A stretch of DNA of 50,777 bases, the filler included, from Jimgerdemannia flammicorona (lineage: Eukaryota): assembly GCA_003990765.1 (NCBI GenBank). It is 2 parts of 2 records of this genome, joined end to end, with 100 filler letters (N's around TTAATTAATTAA, not from the genome) between each part and the next. Parts side by side here need not be neighbours in the genome. Positions count along the whole stretch, not along the records: positions 1 to 25,339 come from RBNJ01000846.1; positions 25,440 to 50,777 come from RBNJ01000847.1. One strand, written 5' to 3'. Within the stretch, counting starts at the first letter, position 1, and every line of letters begins with the position of its first letter. A program made the translations under genes and the position numbers. Below are positions 24,504 through 38,151 of the stretch, piece by piece. Below the pieces are notes generated by a model that saw only the letters and a list, made by a program, of their open reading frames with translations, was not told where the DNA came from and did not search any database.

Positions 24504-25339
24504 GAAAACCCAGCCAATGCCATAATAACAGCACACTTTTCTGGGGGTCGCAACCGCCACAAAGCCAGTAACTCGGTAGCATGTGACTAGATTTACACAG
24601 AGTCTGGGGTTCTCATTTCGCGTAAACCATTTTCACATAATGGAGTCAGAACACATGTGCCAACGCCTTTTCAGCATCAGTGAGGCCTTCAATATTTATC
24701 AAGCTCTATTTGAACAGTATTGGCCAACTTCTCTAATGTCTGGGCTCATTACAATGAAGACTTTTCTGCCAACAGTAATACTTGAAAAGTTTATTTCTGT
24801 TAGCTGGAGAAATACAAGATGTTAAGTATATACATTGATGGTATTGTATCTGAAAAGTGTTGGAAGACTAGTATTCATGAGCTATGTCAAAATTTAAATT
24901 ATATAAAATAGTTAGAATTGAGCTCTATAATGATTCTTCAACCTATACTTATATTTTTGAGAAGATTGATATAATATTATTATTATAAAAGTTATAAGAA
25001 TTATTCTTTTAGGGGAACTGAGTTGTTTATAGATAGTAATAGTTATTGGGTATTTGAGAAAGAGAGGTAGATGGAGGTAGGGGAGTTGGTAAAGAGATGA
25101 TAGTAGTTAGTGAGAGAGATAGTATAAAAATAGTAATTGTAGAAGTTATAAGAAAAGAAAAAATATCTCAAAAGATACTTAAGGTGATATTGGGGAGTTA
25201 GGGACAGTTTGTGATAGGAAAAGAAGGGGTTATATAGAGGGCTGGAGTAGGGTAAAAAGTCTGAATAGTAAAGAAAATAAGGTGAAAGAGAAGAGTAGAT
25301 TGAGAATTTCAAAACTCTTTTTTTTTTTTTTTATTTTTT

Positions 25340-25439
25340 NNNNNNNNNNNNNNNNNNNNNNNNNNNNNNNNNNNNNNNNNNNNTTAATTAATTAANNNNN
25401 NNNNNNNNNNNNNNNNNNNNNNNNNNNNNNNNNNNNNNN
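25340..25439. other. Assembly gap with artificial TTAATTAATTAA spacer
   Basis: 44 N + TTAATTAATTAA + 44 N (six-frame stop linker), flanked by homopolymer runs. Confidence 0.95.
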
Positions 25440-25452
25440 AAAAAAAAAAAAA

Positions 25453-25690
25453 GAGACAAGTGGCAATCCCCCAGATTCCTACCCTCTGCTCCTACTAAAG
25501 TCTGGGTAGTACCAATCTATATACTGACAAATAAATACCCAAGTACCACACTATCTCACCAGTAGAGATAATTGTTCCAATAACATCCCCTCCCACCAGT
25601 CCATTGCCTAACACTATTATTTTACACTTGTGCCAGTTGAGTTTTGCCCCAGAGTTCTCCTCATATCAGTCTACTATCTCCTTGAGCTGA
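25453..25690 (-). mobile_element. LINE RT fragment related to the 43-50 kb LINE
   Basis: Minus strand reads KIIVLGNGLVGGDVIGTIISTGEIVWYLGI, matching MMVLDNSLVGGDVIGSIVSMGEAV at ~49380-49445. Confidence 0.75.
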
Positions 25691-25694
25691 TAAT

Positions 25695-26190
25695 GTGACA
25701 TATATGTTCATCATTCACTCAATCTCAAGCTAAAGTAACATATATCCATCATTCATCTGATCTCAAGCTGAAGTGGTATTTTTATCTATTGTTCATCCAA
25801 TTTTAAACTGAAGTAACATATTAGACTGAGGCAGCATATGTCTATTATTTACCCAATCACAAGCTGAAGTGAGATATTGGACTTGAGCAGTATATATCTA
25901 TTATTCACCTAATCTCAAACTGAAGTAGCATATATATCTATCATTTACCTAATCTCAAGCTAAAGCTGGGGTGGTATATATTCATCTTTTACCCAATCTC
26001 AAGCTGAAGTAGCATATTTGGCTAGGGTTGCATATGTCTATTATTTACTCAATCACAAGCTAAAGTAGCATATTAAGCTGGAGTTATACATATCTATCAT
26101 TCACTTAATCTTAAGCTGAAGTAGCATATATCTATCATTTACTGATCTTAAACTGAAGTAGTATATGTCTATCTTTCATCTGATTTTAAA
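25695..26190 (-). repeat. Tandem array of ~38/57-bp units (left, inverted arm)
   Basis: Repeated ATCTCAAGCTGAAGTAGCATAT..TCTATCATTCACC, reverse complement of the arrays at 26985-27179 and 36507-37410. Confidence 0.9.
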
Positions 26191-26984
26191 TGAAATCTCA
26201 TTTACAATAGCTAGAATCCACTCCCACCATGATAATTGTTTTTATTGAATTATTTATATACTAATTCTCTTCAAAACCTTTCCTCCTATAAGGTCAGGTG
26301 AAATTGTCTCTTACTTTTTATTTGGCATTATATTTATTTGTCAAATAATAGAAAATAGTTATACTATTAAATTCTTTACTCCATCTACCCCATTTATAAA
26401 TTTCACTAATTTGCTTTAGTTGGTCTATATAGTAGTAATACTATTGATATCCACTATGCTGAAATGAATGAGTGCTATACAGATATCATTTTACAATTCT
26501 AATAGTATACAAATTATATTCAAACTGATCTTTAAAAGATTAGTAACTCAGTGTATGGTGTAAATTAAGAGTTAATTTGATCTATCAATAGGAAAAAAAG
26601 CCAACAGAAGTTCTACAGAAATATCTCCAACTGAGAAATACATATATAGGACAGAGATATTTATTATGATCATTTCAATAAAGAATAAATGATTTAACCC
26701 CTATTATTCTAAAAAATAAAATGAATATTATAGTAATAATCTTGATTATTTACTTTTTTTAAATATATACTTTATACTTACTATCTTTTTGAGCTGTTTT
26801 GTAAAAATTCAATATTAAAATTAGATACTTTTTTCTATATTCAATATTTGTTTGATCAATCTTTAGTGCTTTCTCTCTATAAAGAAGACATAGATAGGTA
26901 AATAGATAGATATACTATATTATATATAATGTAAAACTTATTAGTAATTATCTGTATTTTTTATGATATTTGTAAGAGAATGAT

Positions 26985-27179
26985 GGATATATATTACTTT
27001 AGCTTAAGATTAGGTGAACAATAGATATATGCCATATCAGCTTGAGATTGAGTAAATAATAGATATATACTACTTTAGCTTGAGATCAGGTGAACAATAG
27101 ACATATGCTACCCTAGCTCAATATACTGCTTCAGCTTGAGATTGGTGAATAATAGACATATGCTACCTCAGTCTGATAT
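26985..27179 (+). repeat. Tandem array, right arm part 1
   Basis: Units GCTACTTCAGCTTGAGATCAGGTGAACAATAGATATAT; cut by the Penelope-like insertion. Confidence 0.9.
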
Positions 27180-30100
27180 TTATTTATTTTTTTATTTTAA
27201 TTTTTTTTTTATTATTAAATGAGTAGACAATAGAGAAATAGTTTAGATGTGATATTGATATAGCAGATATAAAGGTTGGCAGTAAAAGATCAAGCAGTAG
27301 GAAATGATAAGCTTATGTTAATTTTTAAGACAGAACAATAGAGTGGAATAAAATGTTTTCCAAAGTAAGACGTAATTGATCTGTAATCTACTTATGGCAC
27401 CATAGTATGTAGAGGTCTTTATTCAAAATTGAGAATAAAGTTTGAATACAAGAGACATGGATCTAACTCCAGAATTCCAGAATCAGAACAGTGTATAAGT
27501 ACCCAGACCTTGCCCCAATCCAAACAAAAGTCTGAATCAAGCATCATCAATCTATACATATGATAGTCCATTAAAAACCTAATATAGAAATAATGGAGAA
27601 AAGGTACCAGTCATATGATCAAATGTTATATATACATAAACAAATGCTAAAAATAGAACTAGACTAATGATGATTCTATGTCATCAGATGATTGTCACTT
27701 ATAGGATTAAACCCCTAAAAATCATCAGCACTGAAGGTACAGGTATCAGGCCTAGAGCCTTATGACTGGAGCAGAGTAGAGTCTTAGCACTAGAGCAAGC
27801 AAAGTGAGTGGAGGTAGACAGATATAACAGAGTATAGATATGCAGGCATTAGACCTAGAGCCTCATGCCAGCAGTTATTTGGTAATTTTTTGCATTTTTA
27901 AACATCATATGGTATGTACAGGTAGTACAGCCTTCAGGGAGGACTTAGAGTGAAGCTGGTGTTTGAGATAGCATTAAGAATGGTAAAACCATTCTTCTAG
28001 GTGATAATTGGTTGTCAGGTGGTTACAGAGAAATCAAAATGAAGCAAAGTGATATATAGAGTCTTATTGGGTTGCTGATTTAGCCATTGGTCTATATCAT
28101 ATTGGACAACAAGCAATGGGAGAGGAAAAGTGGAGTTGGAGATGGGGGTGGGAGAAATAAGAAGAGGGGCTAAAAGTAAAGTTTGAACCTCAAGCCAATC
28201 AACCAAACTCAATTAAGTGGTCACAACATTGACAGAGTATTCTTTCCTATAAATCAGGAATTTGGCCAAAGACTGATACTCATCAAGCCAATTATAGTAA
28301 GATGAGCAGAGTTGCAATAGGCAGCAAGCCTCATTTAAGATATATAGATATAGTGTCTTCCTAGAGTGATTGCTCAACCAGTTGACAAACTGTGTACTCT
28401 GGGAGAATTTGGCAAAATGGCCTATACAGAACAGTGTGACTCAGATTTCCTGGTCCAAGTAGTGGTACAGTCTGGCAGACAAGACTTTCTATTCAATATG
28501 ATGGTGTGGAGGATATATGGCACCAAAAATTGAGGCCAAGTCTATAATCACAGGTATAAAGACAATTAGATTGTCAATAAATTGGCAGAACTTTAGCCCA
28601 GCAGTAATAGCTCAGCTGAGCAGATGATCAGATGCTTGCAAGGCAAATAACTCATGAGCAAAACCAACAAGATTGGTAAGATCCAGAGTACAATTTGTAC
28701 CCATAGCTATGCTAGTTACTGAGCAGAAGGCACTAATAGCCGATGGGAATATCATACATATGAGTCATAACTATGTGGATAAGACCAATAATGGCTTCAA
28801 GCAGTAAAGAGCCAGTGGAAAAGGCCACAGTTGACAAGAAGGTATGGTAGTCAATATACTCATATAGTGTAATCCTAGTGTAGAATATAGCAAAATCTCT
28901 AGTAGTAATAAGACAGCAATTAGACATATCTGGGTAATCTGATTGAACTAATTATAATAGTTCTAACATATTATATAGAGGTGAATAACAAATAACCCAC
29001 ATTAAGGTGTAGATAGGCTAATCATAGATAGAGAAAGTGAGATAGGAAATGCAAAATCTTAGTTATAGGAGAGTTAAACACACCAATAATAGGGTACCAT
29101 ACTACACAAGCCTCTTTGTGTACCTTGGGCAGTATATGAAACATAGGTAGCTTACAATCATTAGGCTCTATGAAGTATTCCCAAATCAGTATACAACTTG
29201 AATTGCCAATACAGAACTCTAGTAGATCTTTTTTTTTTTTTTTTATAGTCACTTGGATTTGTATTTATTACTACTCTATCTATAAACAATAATACCTAAG
29301 TACCCATAACCCTTCAGCCAATGCCTCCTGGTTCTCCTGCCCCACTCACTCCCTCTCCCTACTGAAGGACAACCCAGCCACCCACTACCTGGACCCTTCC
29401 TCCACTCTTCTCACAAATATAATTTACCAAATTCTGACAGTACTCTCCCACTTGGTCCCCACTGTCTCCACCAACCATTCAAAATGAGAACTCTAGTAGA
29501 CCTAGCAGGTCTAACCTCACCAATTCCTTAACATTATCAATTATAGAAAAATCATATATATATGTAAGATCATAAAGGAGGGACTGAAGGCTGTTGAGAT
29601 ACAGAGTACTCAGAATTATGGTGAACTCCAGATTTTTGTTTGTAAGACAAACAGTGAAGTCATTATGAGTATGAATGTCTTTAAGAAGATGTCAGAACTT
29701 CTTTGGTATAAGTGCACCAAATACATTCATCATGGATCAGATGGCTTGATTTAATACAGCACTCATATGAAGCATAATTTTCATATTTTCTATATAGTGC
29801 AGTGGTCATCATTTTGTTGGCACCCAGGTGGAGATCTCCAGAACATCATCAGGATTACTCATGGAGGTCTAGAAGGTGGCAAGGTCAAGATGCCATTGGA
29901 ATAACAACAATGAAAATGGATCAATGGTACTATTCATTGATGCTGACCCAGGGAGAACAAATTTAGGGCCAAAGTTCAGCATATACATGAGCTCAGGGGT
30001 AAGCCAAGGCAGAGGTATATTAGTAACAAAGCCCACCTTGGTAAAAATCTGAAACTGAGAGATGAAAAACAGACTTAAACAAGAACTGGGAAGAGTAGAT

Positions 30101-32078
30101 ACAAAGGCAAAATTCTGAATTAGTATTGAGGCCACTACTTTATATAGAATGAGGACATTGGGGTCAAACCATGCTGCTGGGAAGTCATATAAAACTTCTG
30201 GGCTATGGATCTCTAGTTTTTTGAAGCAAGAGGACAGATGTTGCCAGCATTATATCAGATGACATTATGTTTAGCAGCAGTACACTTGTTGTACTGTAGC
30301 ATAAAAGCTCTGGCAATGCTCTTAGACAAGTGGCTTGAAGTTGACAAGTAGCTAGACCCAATATAAGTAGATAAAATGGACAGGAAAGGGAAGCCTTATG
30401 TGCTCACTTGATCTCTTTTACAGAACTCTCTGATAAGGCAGGAGATAGGGGGCAAGGACCCTGGTGGGCCTTCATAGGCACACCAAGGCATCCAGAACAG
30501 TTGTGGTAGTTTGGCATAGTAGAGACCAAATTCCAGCTCACCTTCTTAGCCTTTTCGGTGGCATCTACAGATATGGTGGTAGAGGATTGGAGAGTGGGGA
30601 CACTCTTTTTCAACCAGGTGGAACCAGTGGCAGCAAGAGCAAATATGTATTTAACACCTAGAGTAATGACATCAGGGTGCTTCATAAGCTTCTCAACTAT
30701 GACTTTGTGGGTAATAGTGGCAATCTCTTTTAAAGGGATGAGGATGCAGGGACTGTCAGGTAGACTATAGTAGTGGTAGCTTTGGTAGTGGCAGTGGTGG
30801 TAAGATAGCAAGATTAATATATGACAATATCAAAACCATAGAGTAGAAACAAGTTTGTCTTGGTTCTATCAGTAGCAGTGAGGGTGGCAATATTCTTGCC
30901 AACCCTCTGGGTAACATTGATCAGAAACTCAAAGAAGGCAAGGGCTTCCATAGATATCACTATAGCTTTGTTGATTTTAGCACACTAGTTCTTAGTGTAC
31001 TGGGTAGCAGTGATCTGATTGGTTGTGGCAGCCTCAATCATGGCTTCAGTACAGCACTTGGCTTCTGCAGATGTAGTAGCAAGGGTGGTGTCATACTGTT
31101 CCTCCAGAAGAAGAGCAATTGCAGTAGCAACCTTCTTGGAAGGGGTAAACTTCCAATCAGTAAGTTGGGCCTGCAAAAGGTCAGCATAGCACTCATATAT
31201 GGTAGCTATCTTGAGGGCATGAAGTACTCTGGTGCAAGCAGTACAGAAGGCAATATGGACCTTGGTAGAAGTAGCAGTCAAGTAGATGGTCAGGTCATTG
31301 AACTTTACCATATTGGTGAAGGAAGTAATGGGGACAGCAGCATCGCTATCTACATTCATATTGTTTATCATGTTGTATATTATTAAACAAGTAGACAATA
31401 GAGGAATAGTTTAGAGTAAGATATGATACTGATACAGCAGATATAAAGGTCAGTGTTAAAAGGTCAAGAAGTAGGAAACAATAAGCTTATGAAAATTTTC
31501 ATAATGAAACAGTAGAGTAGAATAAAGTGTTTTCTGAAGCAAGGTACAATTGATCTGCAACCCACTCATTGTACCACAGTATGTGGTGGTTTTTATTCAA
31601 AATTGAGAACAAAGTTTGAGTACAAGAGATACAGATCTAACTCTGGAATTTCATAATCAAAATGGTGCATATATAAGTACCCAGACCTTGCTCTAATCTA
31701 AACAAAAGTCTGAATTGGGCATTATCAATATATATATGTGACAGGCCATTAAAAACCCAATATAGAAATGATCAGAAAAAGGTACTGATCATGTGATCAA
31801 ATGTTACATATATATAAACAAATACTAAAAACAGACCTAGACCAATGATGATCACATATTGTCATGTGATTTTCAGTTATAGGTTTAAAAATCTAAAAAT
31901 TATTAGCACCTGAAGGTGCAGGTATCAGGCCTAGAGCCTCATAATCATTATGGAGTAGAGCCTTAGCACTGGAGCAAGTGAAGTAAGCAGAGATAGATAG
32001 GCATCACAGAGCATAGATATGCAGGCATCAGATCTAGAGCCTTATGCTGGAGGTTGTCTGGCAATTTTTCATAATTTT
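27180..32078 (-). mobile_element. Penelope-like retroelement copy 1 (pseudo-LTR - ORF - pseudo-LTR - A-rich tail)
   Basis: ~700-bp direct repeats (27211-27905, 31380-32078); decayed RT motifs NFGPKFV, LPMFHILPKVHK, SIAMGTNCTLDLTNL; T-rich tail 27180-27210. Confidence 0.88.
29230..29486 (-). mobile_element. 5'-truncated non-LTR retroposon 3' end (257 bp)
   Basis: Poly(T) then ATAGTCACTTGGA; 17-bp TSD AGAACTCTAGTAGA(T/C)CT (29213-29229, 29487-29503); absent from Penelope copy 2. Confidence 0.9.
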
Positions 32079-35000
32079 AAACCTATAAGTGATAATCACA
32101 TAATGACATATAATCATCATTGGTCTTGTTCTATTTTTAGCATTTGTTTATATATGTGTAACATTTGATCACATGACTGGTATCTTTTCCCAATTGTTTC
32201 TATATCAGGTTTTTAATGGCCTATTATGTGTGTAGATCAATGATGTCCAATTCAGACTTTTGTTTAGATCAGAGTAAGGTCTGGGTACTTATATACTGTT
32301 CTAATTTCAGAATTCTGAGGTTAGACCTATGTCTCTTATACTTAAACTTTATTCTCAATTTTGAATATAAACTATCATATACTATAGTGCTATGAGCAGA
32401 TTGCAGATCAATTATACCTTGCTTCAGAAAACACTTTATTCCACTCTACTATTCCATTATGAAAATTCATATAAGCTTATTGTTTCCTACTGCTTGACCT
32501 TTTACTGCTGACCTTTATATCTACTATATCAATATCACATCTTGCTCTAAACTATTTCTCTATTATCTACTTATTTAATAATATATAATATAATAGGCAA
32601 CATAAATGTAGATGGCGATACTGCTATCCCCACTGCTTCCTTTACTGATTTGGTGAACTTCAATAACCTGGCCATCTACTTAACTGTTGCTTCAACTGAG
32701 GTCTCTGTTATCTTCCATGCTACTTACACTGAAGTGCTCCATGCCATTGAGGTAGCTGCCATATATGAGCACTATGCTGACTTTTTGTAGACCCAACTTG
32801 CCAATTGGAAGTTTATTTCTTCCAAGAAGGTTGCTGCTGTAATTGCCCTCCTTCTGGAGGAACAGTACAATGCCACCCTTGCTACTACATCTGCAGAAGC
32901 CAAGTGCTATATCAAAGCTATAATTGAGGCTGCTGCAACTAATCCCACCCAGCATACTAAGGACCAGTATGCTAAAATCAACAAAGCCATAGGGATATCT
33001 ATGGAAGTCCTCACCTTCTTTGAGCTTCTAACTGATGTTATCCAGAGGGTTGCCAAGAAAATTGCCACCCTCACTGCTGTCCATAGGGCTAAGACAAACT
33101 TGTTTCTACTTTGTAGTTTTGATATTTTCATATATCAATCTCACTGTCTTGCTACTGCTACTACTGCCAAAGCTGCTGCTGCTGCAGTCCACCTGATAGT
33201 ATCTACATCCTCATCTCTTCAAGAAGGGATTACCACTACCATCTACAAAGTTGTAGTTAAGGAGCTTGAGAAGCACCCTGAGGTCATTACTCTGAGTACT
33301 AAATGCATATTTGCTTCTTCTCCCACTGGTTCCACCCAGCTGAAAAAGAGTGTCCCCACTCCTCAATCCTTTATCACCATGTCTATGGATGCTGTGAGAA
33401 AGGTTAAGAAGGTGAGCATAACTTTAGCCACTGCTATACCAAACTGCCATAACTGTTCTGGACACCTTGGTGTATCTATGAAGGCCCACCAGAGTCCTTG
33501 CTCCCTATCTCCTGCCTCATTAGAGGGTTCTGTAAAAGAGGTCAAGCAAGCATATAAGGCTTTGCCTTCTCCATCTGTTTCATCTGCTTCTACTGGGTCC
33601 AGCCACTTGTTGACTTCATGCTGCTTGTCTAAGGGAACCACCAGAGCTTTTGTGCTATATTACAATAAGTGTACTGCTGCCAAACATCATATTATCTAGT
33701 ATAATGCTGGTGATGTCTATCCTCTTGCTTCAACAACTAGAGGTCTCAGCCTGGAAGTCTTATATGACTTCCCAGCAGCATGGTTTGGCCCTGATGTCTT
33801 CATTTCATATAGAGTAGCAGCCTTGACACTGATTCAGTATTTTGCCTTTGTGTCTATACTTTCTGGTTCTTGTTTAAGTCAGTTTTTCATCCCTCAGTTT
33901 TGGATGTTTATCTAGGAGGGCTTTGTTATAAATATATCTCCACCTTAGCTTACCTCTGAGCTCACATATATACTGAACTTTGGCCCTAAGTTTGTTCTCC
34001 TTGGGTCAGCATCGATGAACAGTATCATTGAACTGATTTCATTGTCATCATTCCAATGGCATCTCAACCTTGCCAACTTCTGGACCTCTATAAGTAATTC
34101 TAATGATGTTCTAGAGATCTCTGCCTGAGTGCTATCAAAATGGTGACCACTGCACTGTATGGAAAATATGCAAATTATGCTTCATAAGAGTACTGCATTA
34201 AATCAAGCCATCCAATCTATGATGAATGTGTCCAGTGCACTTGTACTGAAGAAGTTCTGATGCCTTCTTAAAGATGTTCATACTCATGATAACTTCACTG
34301 TCTGTCTTACTGACAAAAATCTGGGGTTCACCATAATTCTATATGCTCTGTATCTTGATGGTCTTCAGTCCTTCCTTTATGATCCTGCATATATGAATGA
34401 TTTCTCTATAATTGATAACATTAAGGAATTGATGAGGTTAGACCTGCTAGGTCTACTAGAGTTCTGTATTGGTAATTCAAGTTGTATGCCAATTTGCAAA
34501 CTTCTCATAAAGTCTAATGATTGCAAGCTACCTGTATTTCATGCACTGCCTAAGATACACAAAGGGGCTCATGTGGCATGGTACCCTATGATCAAGATTT
34601 TGTATTTCCTATCTCACTTTCTCTGTCTATGGTCAGCCCATCTGTACCTTAATGTGAGTTATTTGCATTATTCACCTCTATGTAATATATTAGAACTATT
34701 ACAATTAGTTTGATCAGATTATCTATACATGTCTGATTGCTGTCTCATTGCTACTAGAGATTTTGTTACATTCTATACCAGGATCACACTAGGTGAGTGC
34801 ATTGACTGCTTCATCTTCTTGTTAACTATGGTCTTTCTCTCTGGCTCTTTGCTGCTTGAAGCCATTATAGGTCTTGTCCACATAGTCATGACTCATACAA
34901 CATTCACATCTGCCATCAGTTCCTTTCACTCAGTAACTAGCATAGCTATGGGCACAAATTGTGCTCCAGATCTTGCTAATCTTATTGATTTTGCTTATGA

Positions 35001-36506
35001 GTTACATGCCTTGCAAGTGTCTGATCATCTGCTCAGCTGAGCCATTACTACTGGGCAAAAGTTCCACTGATTTATTGATAATCTAATTGTCTTTATGCCT
35101 ACAATTATGGACTTAGCCTCAATTTTTGGTGCTGTATATCCTCTGCACCATTATATTGAATAGAAAGTCTTATCCACTAGACTGTGCCACTACTTAGACC
35201 TGGAAATCTCAGTTGCACCATTCTGCAAAGGCTGTTTTGCCAAATTTTCCTATAGTATGCAGTTTGTCAACTGGTTGAGCAATCACCCTAGGAATACACT
35301 GTATTTATATATTGTGAATGAGGCTTGCTGCCTATTGCTACTCTGCTCATCTTACCATGATTGGCTTGATGAGTATCACTCTTTGGCTGAATTTCTGGTT
35401 TACAGGAAAGGATATTCTATTGATGTTGTGACCACTCAATTGAGTTTAGTGGATTGGCTTGAGGTTCAAACTTCACTTTTAACCCCTCTTCTTGTTTCTC
35501 ACCCCCCTATTCCCCACTCTGCTTTTTCTCCCCCATTGCTTATCATCTAATATAATATGACTCAATGGCTATATCAATAACCTGACAAGACTCTATATAT
35601 TACTTTGCTTCATTTTGGTTTCCCTGCAATCACCTGACAACTAATTATTACTCAGAAGAATGGTTTTACCATTCTTAATACCATCTCAAACACCAGCTTT
35701 ACTCTAAGTCCTCCTTAAAGGTCACACTGCCTATATGTGACATGTGATGTTTGAAAACATAAAAAATTGCCAGACAACCTCTGGTCTGAGACTCTAGGCC
35801 TGACACCTACATACTTATACTCCATGACACCTGTCTACCTCTACTCACTTTGCTTGCTCTGGTGCCAAGACTCTACTCTGCTCTGGTTGTGAGGCTCTAG
35901 ACCTGATGCCTGTATCTTTAGGTGCTAACAATTTTTAGGGTTTTAAACCTATAAGTGATAATTATATGATGACACATGATCAATCATTGGTCTAGTTCTA
36001 TTTTTAGCATTTGTTTATATATATATAATATTTGATCATGTGACTGGTACCTTTTTCTAATTATTTCTATATCAGGTTTTTAATGGCCTATCTTGTATGT
36101 AGATTGATTATATCTGATTTAGACTTTTGTTTGGATCAGGGCAAGGTCTGAGTACTTATACACCATTCTGATTCTGGAATTCAGAGGTTAGATCCATGTC
36201 TCTTATACTCAAACTTTGTTCTCAATTTTGAATAAAGACTACTATATACTGTAGTTCTATGAGTAGGTTATAGATCGATTCCACCTTGCTTTGGAAAACA
36301 CTTTATTCTGCTCTACTGTTCCATTATAAAAATTCATATAAGCTTATCATTTCCTACTGCTTGACCTTTTACCACTGACCTTCATATCTACTATATCAGT
36401 ATCACATCTCACTCTAAACTATTTCTCTATTGTCTACTCATTTAATAATAAAAATAAAATAAAATAAAATAAAATAAAAAAAGAAATAAAATAAATAAAT
36501 AAATAT
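32076..36506 (+). mobile_element. Penelope-like retroelement copy 2
   Basis: Repeat 32076-32580 recurs at 35941-36448; decayed ~1050-codon ORF (~32600-35750) with NISPP*LTSELTYILNFGPKFV, LPVFHALPKIHK, SIAMGTNCAPDLANL, FIDNLIV, YLDLEI, HPRNT..RKGYS; (TAAAA)n tail. Confidence 0.9.
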
Positions 36507-37410
36507 ACATATGCTACTCCAGTCCAATATATCACTATAGCTTGAGATTGGATGAATAATGTACATATATGCCACTTTAGCTTGAGACCAGGTAAATGAT
36601 AGATATATACTACCTCAGTCTGATATACTACTTTAGCTTAAGATTAGATAAATGATGTACATATGCTGACCCAGTCCAGTATGCTGCTTCAGCTTGAGAT
36701 CAAGTAGACAATAGATATATATGCAACTTCAGCTTGAGACCAGGTGAATAATAAATATAGATCACTCTAGTCCGATATATTACTTCAGCTAGAGATCAGA
36801 TAAACAATAGACATATGCCACCCCAGCTTAATATGCTACTTCAGCTTAAGAACAGGTAAACATTAGATATTTATACTACTTCAGCTTGAGACCAGATAAA
36901 TAATAGATATATACTGCTCCAGCCTGATATGCTATTTTATTTTGAGATTGAGAGAATGATAGATATATACCACCTCAGTACAATATGCTGCTTCAGCTTA
37001 AGATTAGGTAAACAATAGATATATATGCTACTTTAGCTTGAGGCCAGATAAATGATAAATAAATACTACTGTAGCCTAATATGCTACTTCAGCTTGAGAT
37101 TGGGTGAATTATAGATATATGTTGTCTCAGCCTGATATACTACTCAGCTTGAGATCAGGTGAATAATGAATATATATATCACTTTAGCTTGAGACTAGAT
37201 AAATGATAGATATGTGCTGTCTCAGTCTGATATACCACTTTAGCTTGAGACTAGGTGAATGATAGACATATGCTGCTCTAGTCAGATATATCAATTTAGC
37301 TTAAGATCAGGTGAACAATAGATATATGCTACTTTAGCTTGAGACTGAGTGAATAATGAACATATACTACTCTAGCCTGATATACTACTTCAGTTTAAGA
37401 TTGGGTGATC
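36507..37410 (+). repeat. Tandem array, right arm part 2 (~900 bp)
   Basis: About 18 copies of the CTTCAGCTTGAGA core, alternating 38-bp and ~57-bp units. Confidence 0.92.
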
Positions 37411-38151
37411 ACTTTAAGCATATGCTTTAAACTCATTGATATATTCATTATCCTTATCCTTATATCTATATATTTCTAACATACTAGAGAAATGTAAAAT
37501 ATAATAAAATAATATTTATATATTGACAGATCACAATTACTCTATTTTTCTGATAATAATTATCTTTCATATCTTTACATACAGACTCTACAGCTTCACT
37601 ATTTTGAGCTTTTCACTTATATATAAAGGCTGTATATATATCTACTAACTTCATGAGATAAAGATAGATTCCCCTACTATTTATCTTGTAGAGAATTAAA
37701 GTAAAATCTTTAATAAGACTATTATATAATTTCACTATAATGCTAGCTGATAGTCAAGTGAATTATCATTGTAGTTAAATACTATAATATTAAATATATG
37801 AATAAATTAGTTAATAACTTAATAATTTATTTAATATAAATATTTAATAAATAATAAACTAAACTTACTGTTCTACCCTGATAGCTGAGATTATTATCTT
37901 ATTCTTCTATTTTATCTGATAAATCATATTGTTGAAATATATATTGTGATGTACACAATTGACAATGGAGTACCAGTGACTGCTAAGATCAGATGACATA
38001 ATGGCATGACAATCAAATAGGCAGCCTGACCCATTAGGTGATCATTCTAAAAGAAGACAAGATGATCTGAGCCAAAATGAAGACCATGTTATTTAAGGAA
38101 CCATACTCCGCCTCAGGGATCGGCACCAAAGAACCAAGTATCCACCACACA

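Noticed and set aside
25384..25395. Palindrome TTAATTAATTAA inside N run
   Set aside because: Symmetric N padding shows an artificial scaffolding linker; adjacency across it is not guaranteed.
27670..27700. CTGATGA hammerhead-like core in a Penelope pseudo-LTR
   Set aside because: Not conserved in the other three repeat copies and no matching stems or GAAA seen by eye.
35933..35950. Telomere-like TTTAGGG in the pseudo-LTR
   Set aside because: A single unit, not conserved in all copies; insufficient for a telomere link.
36507..37410. Possible CRISPR-like array
   Set aside because: Sequences between the cores are themselves repeated and degenerate, not unique spacers; eukaryotic context and no cas genes.
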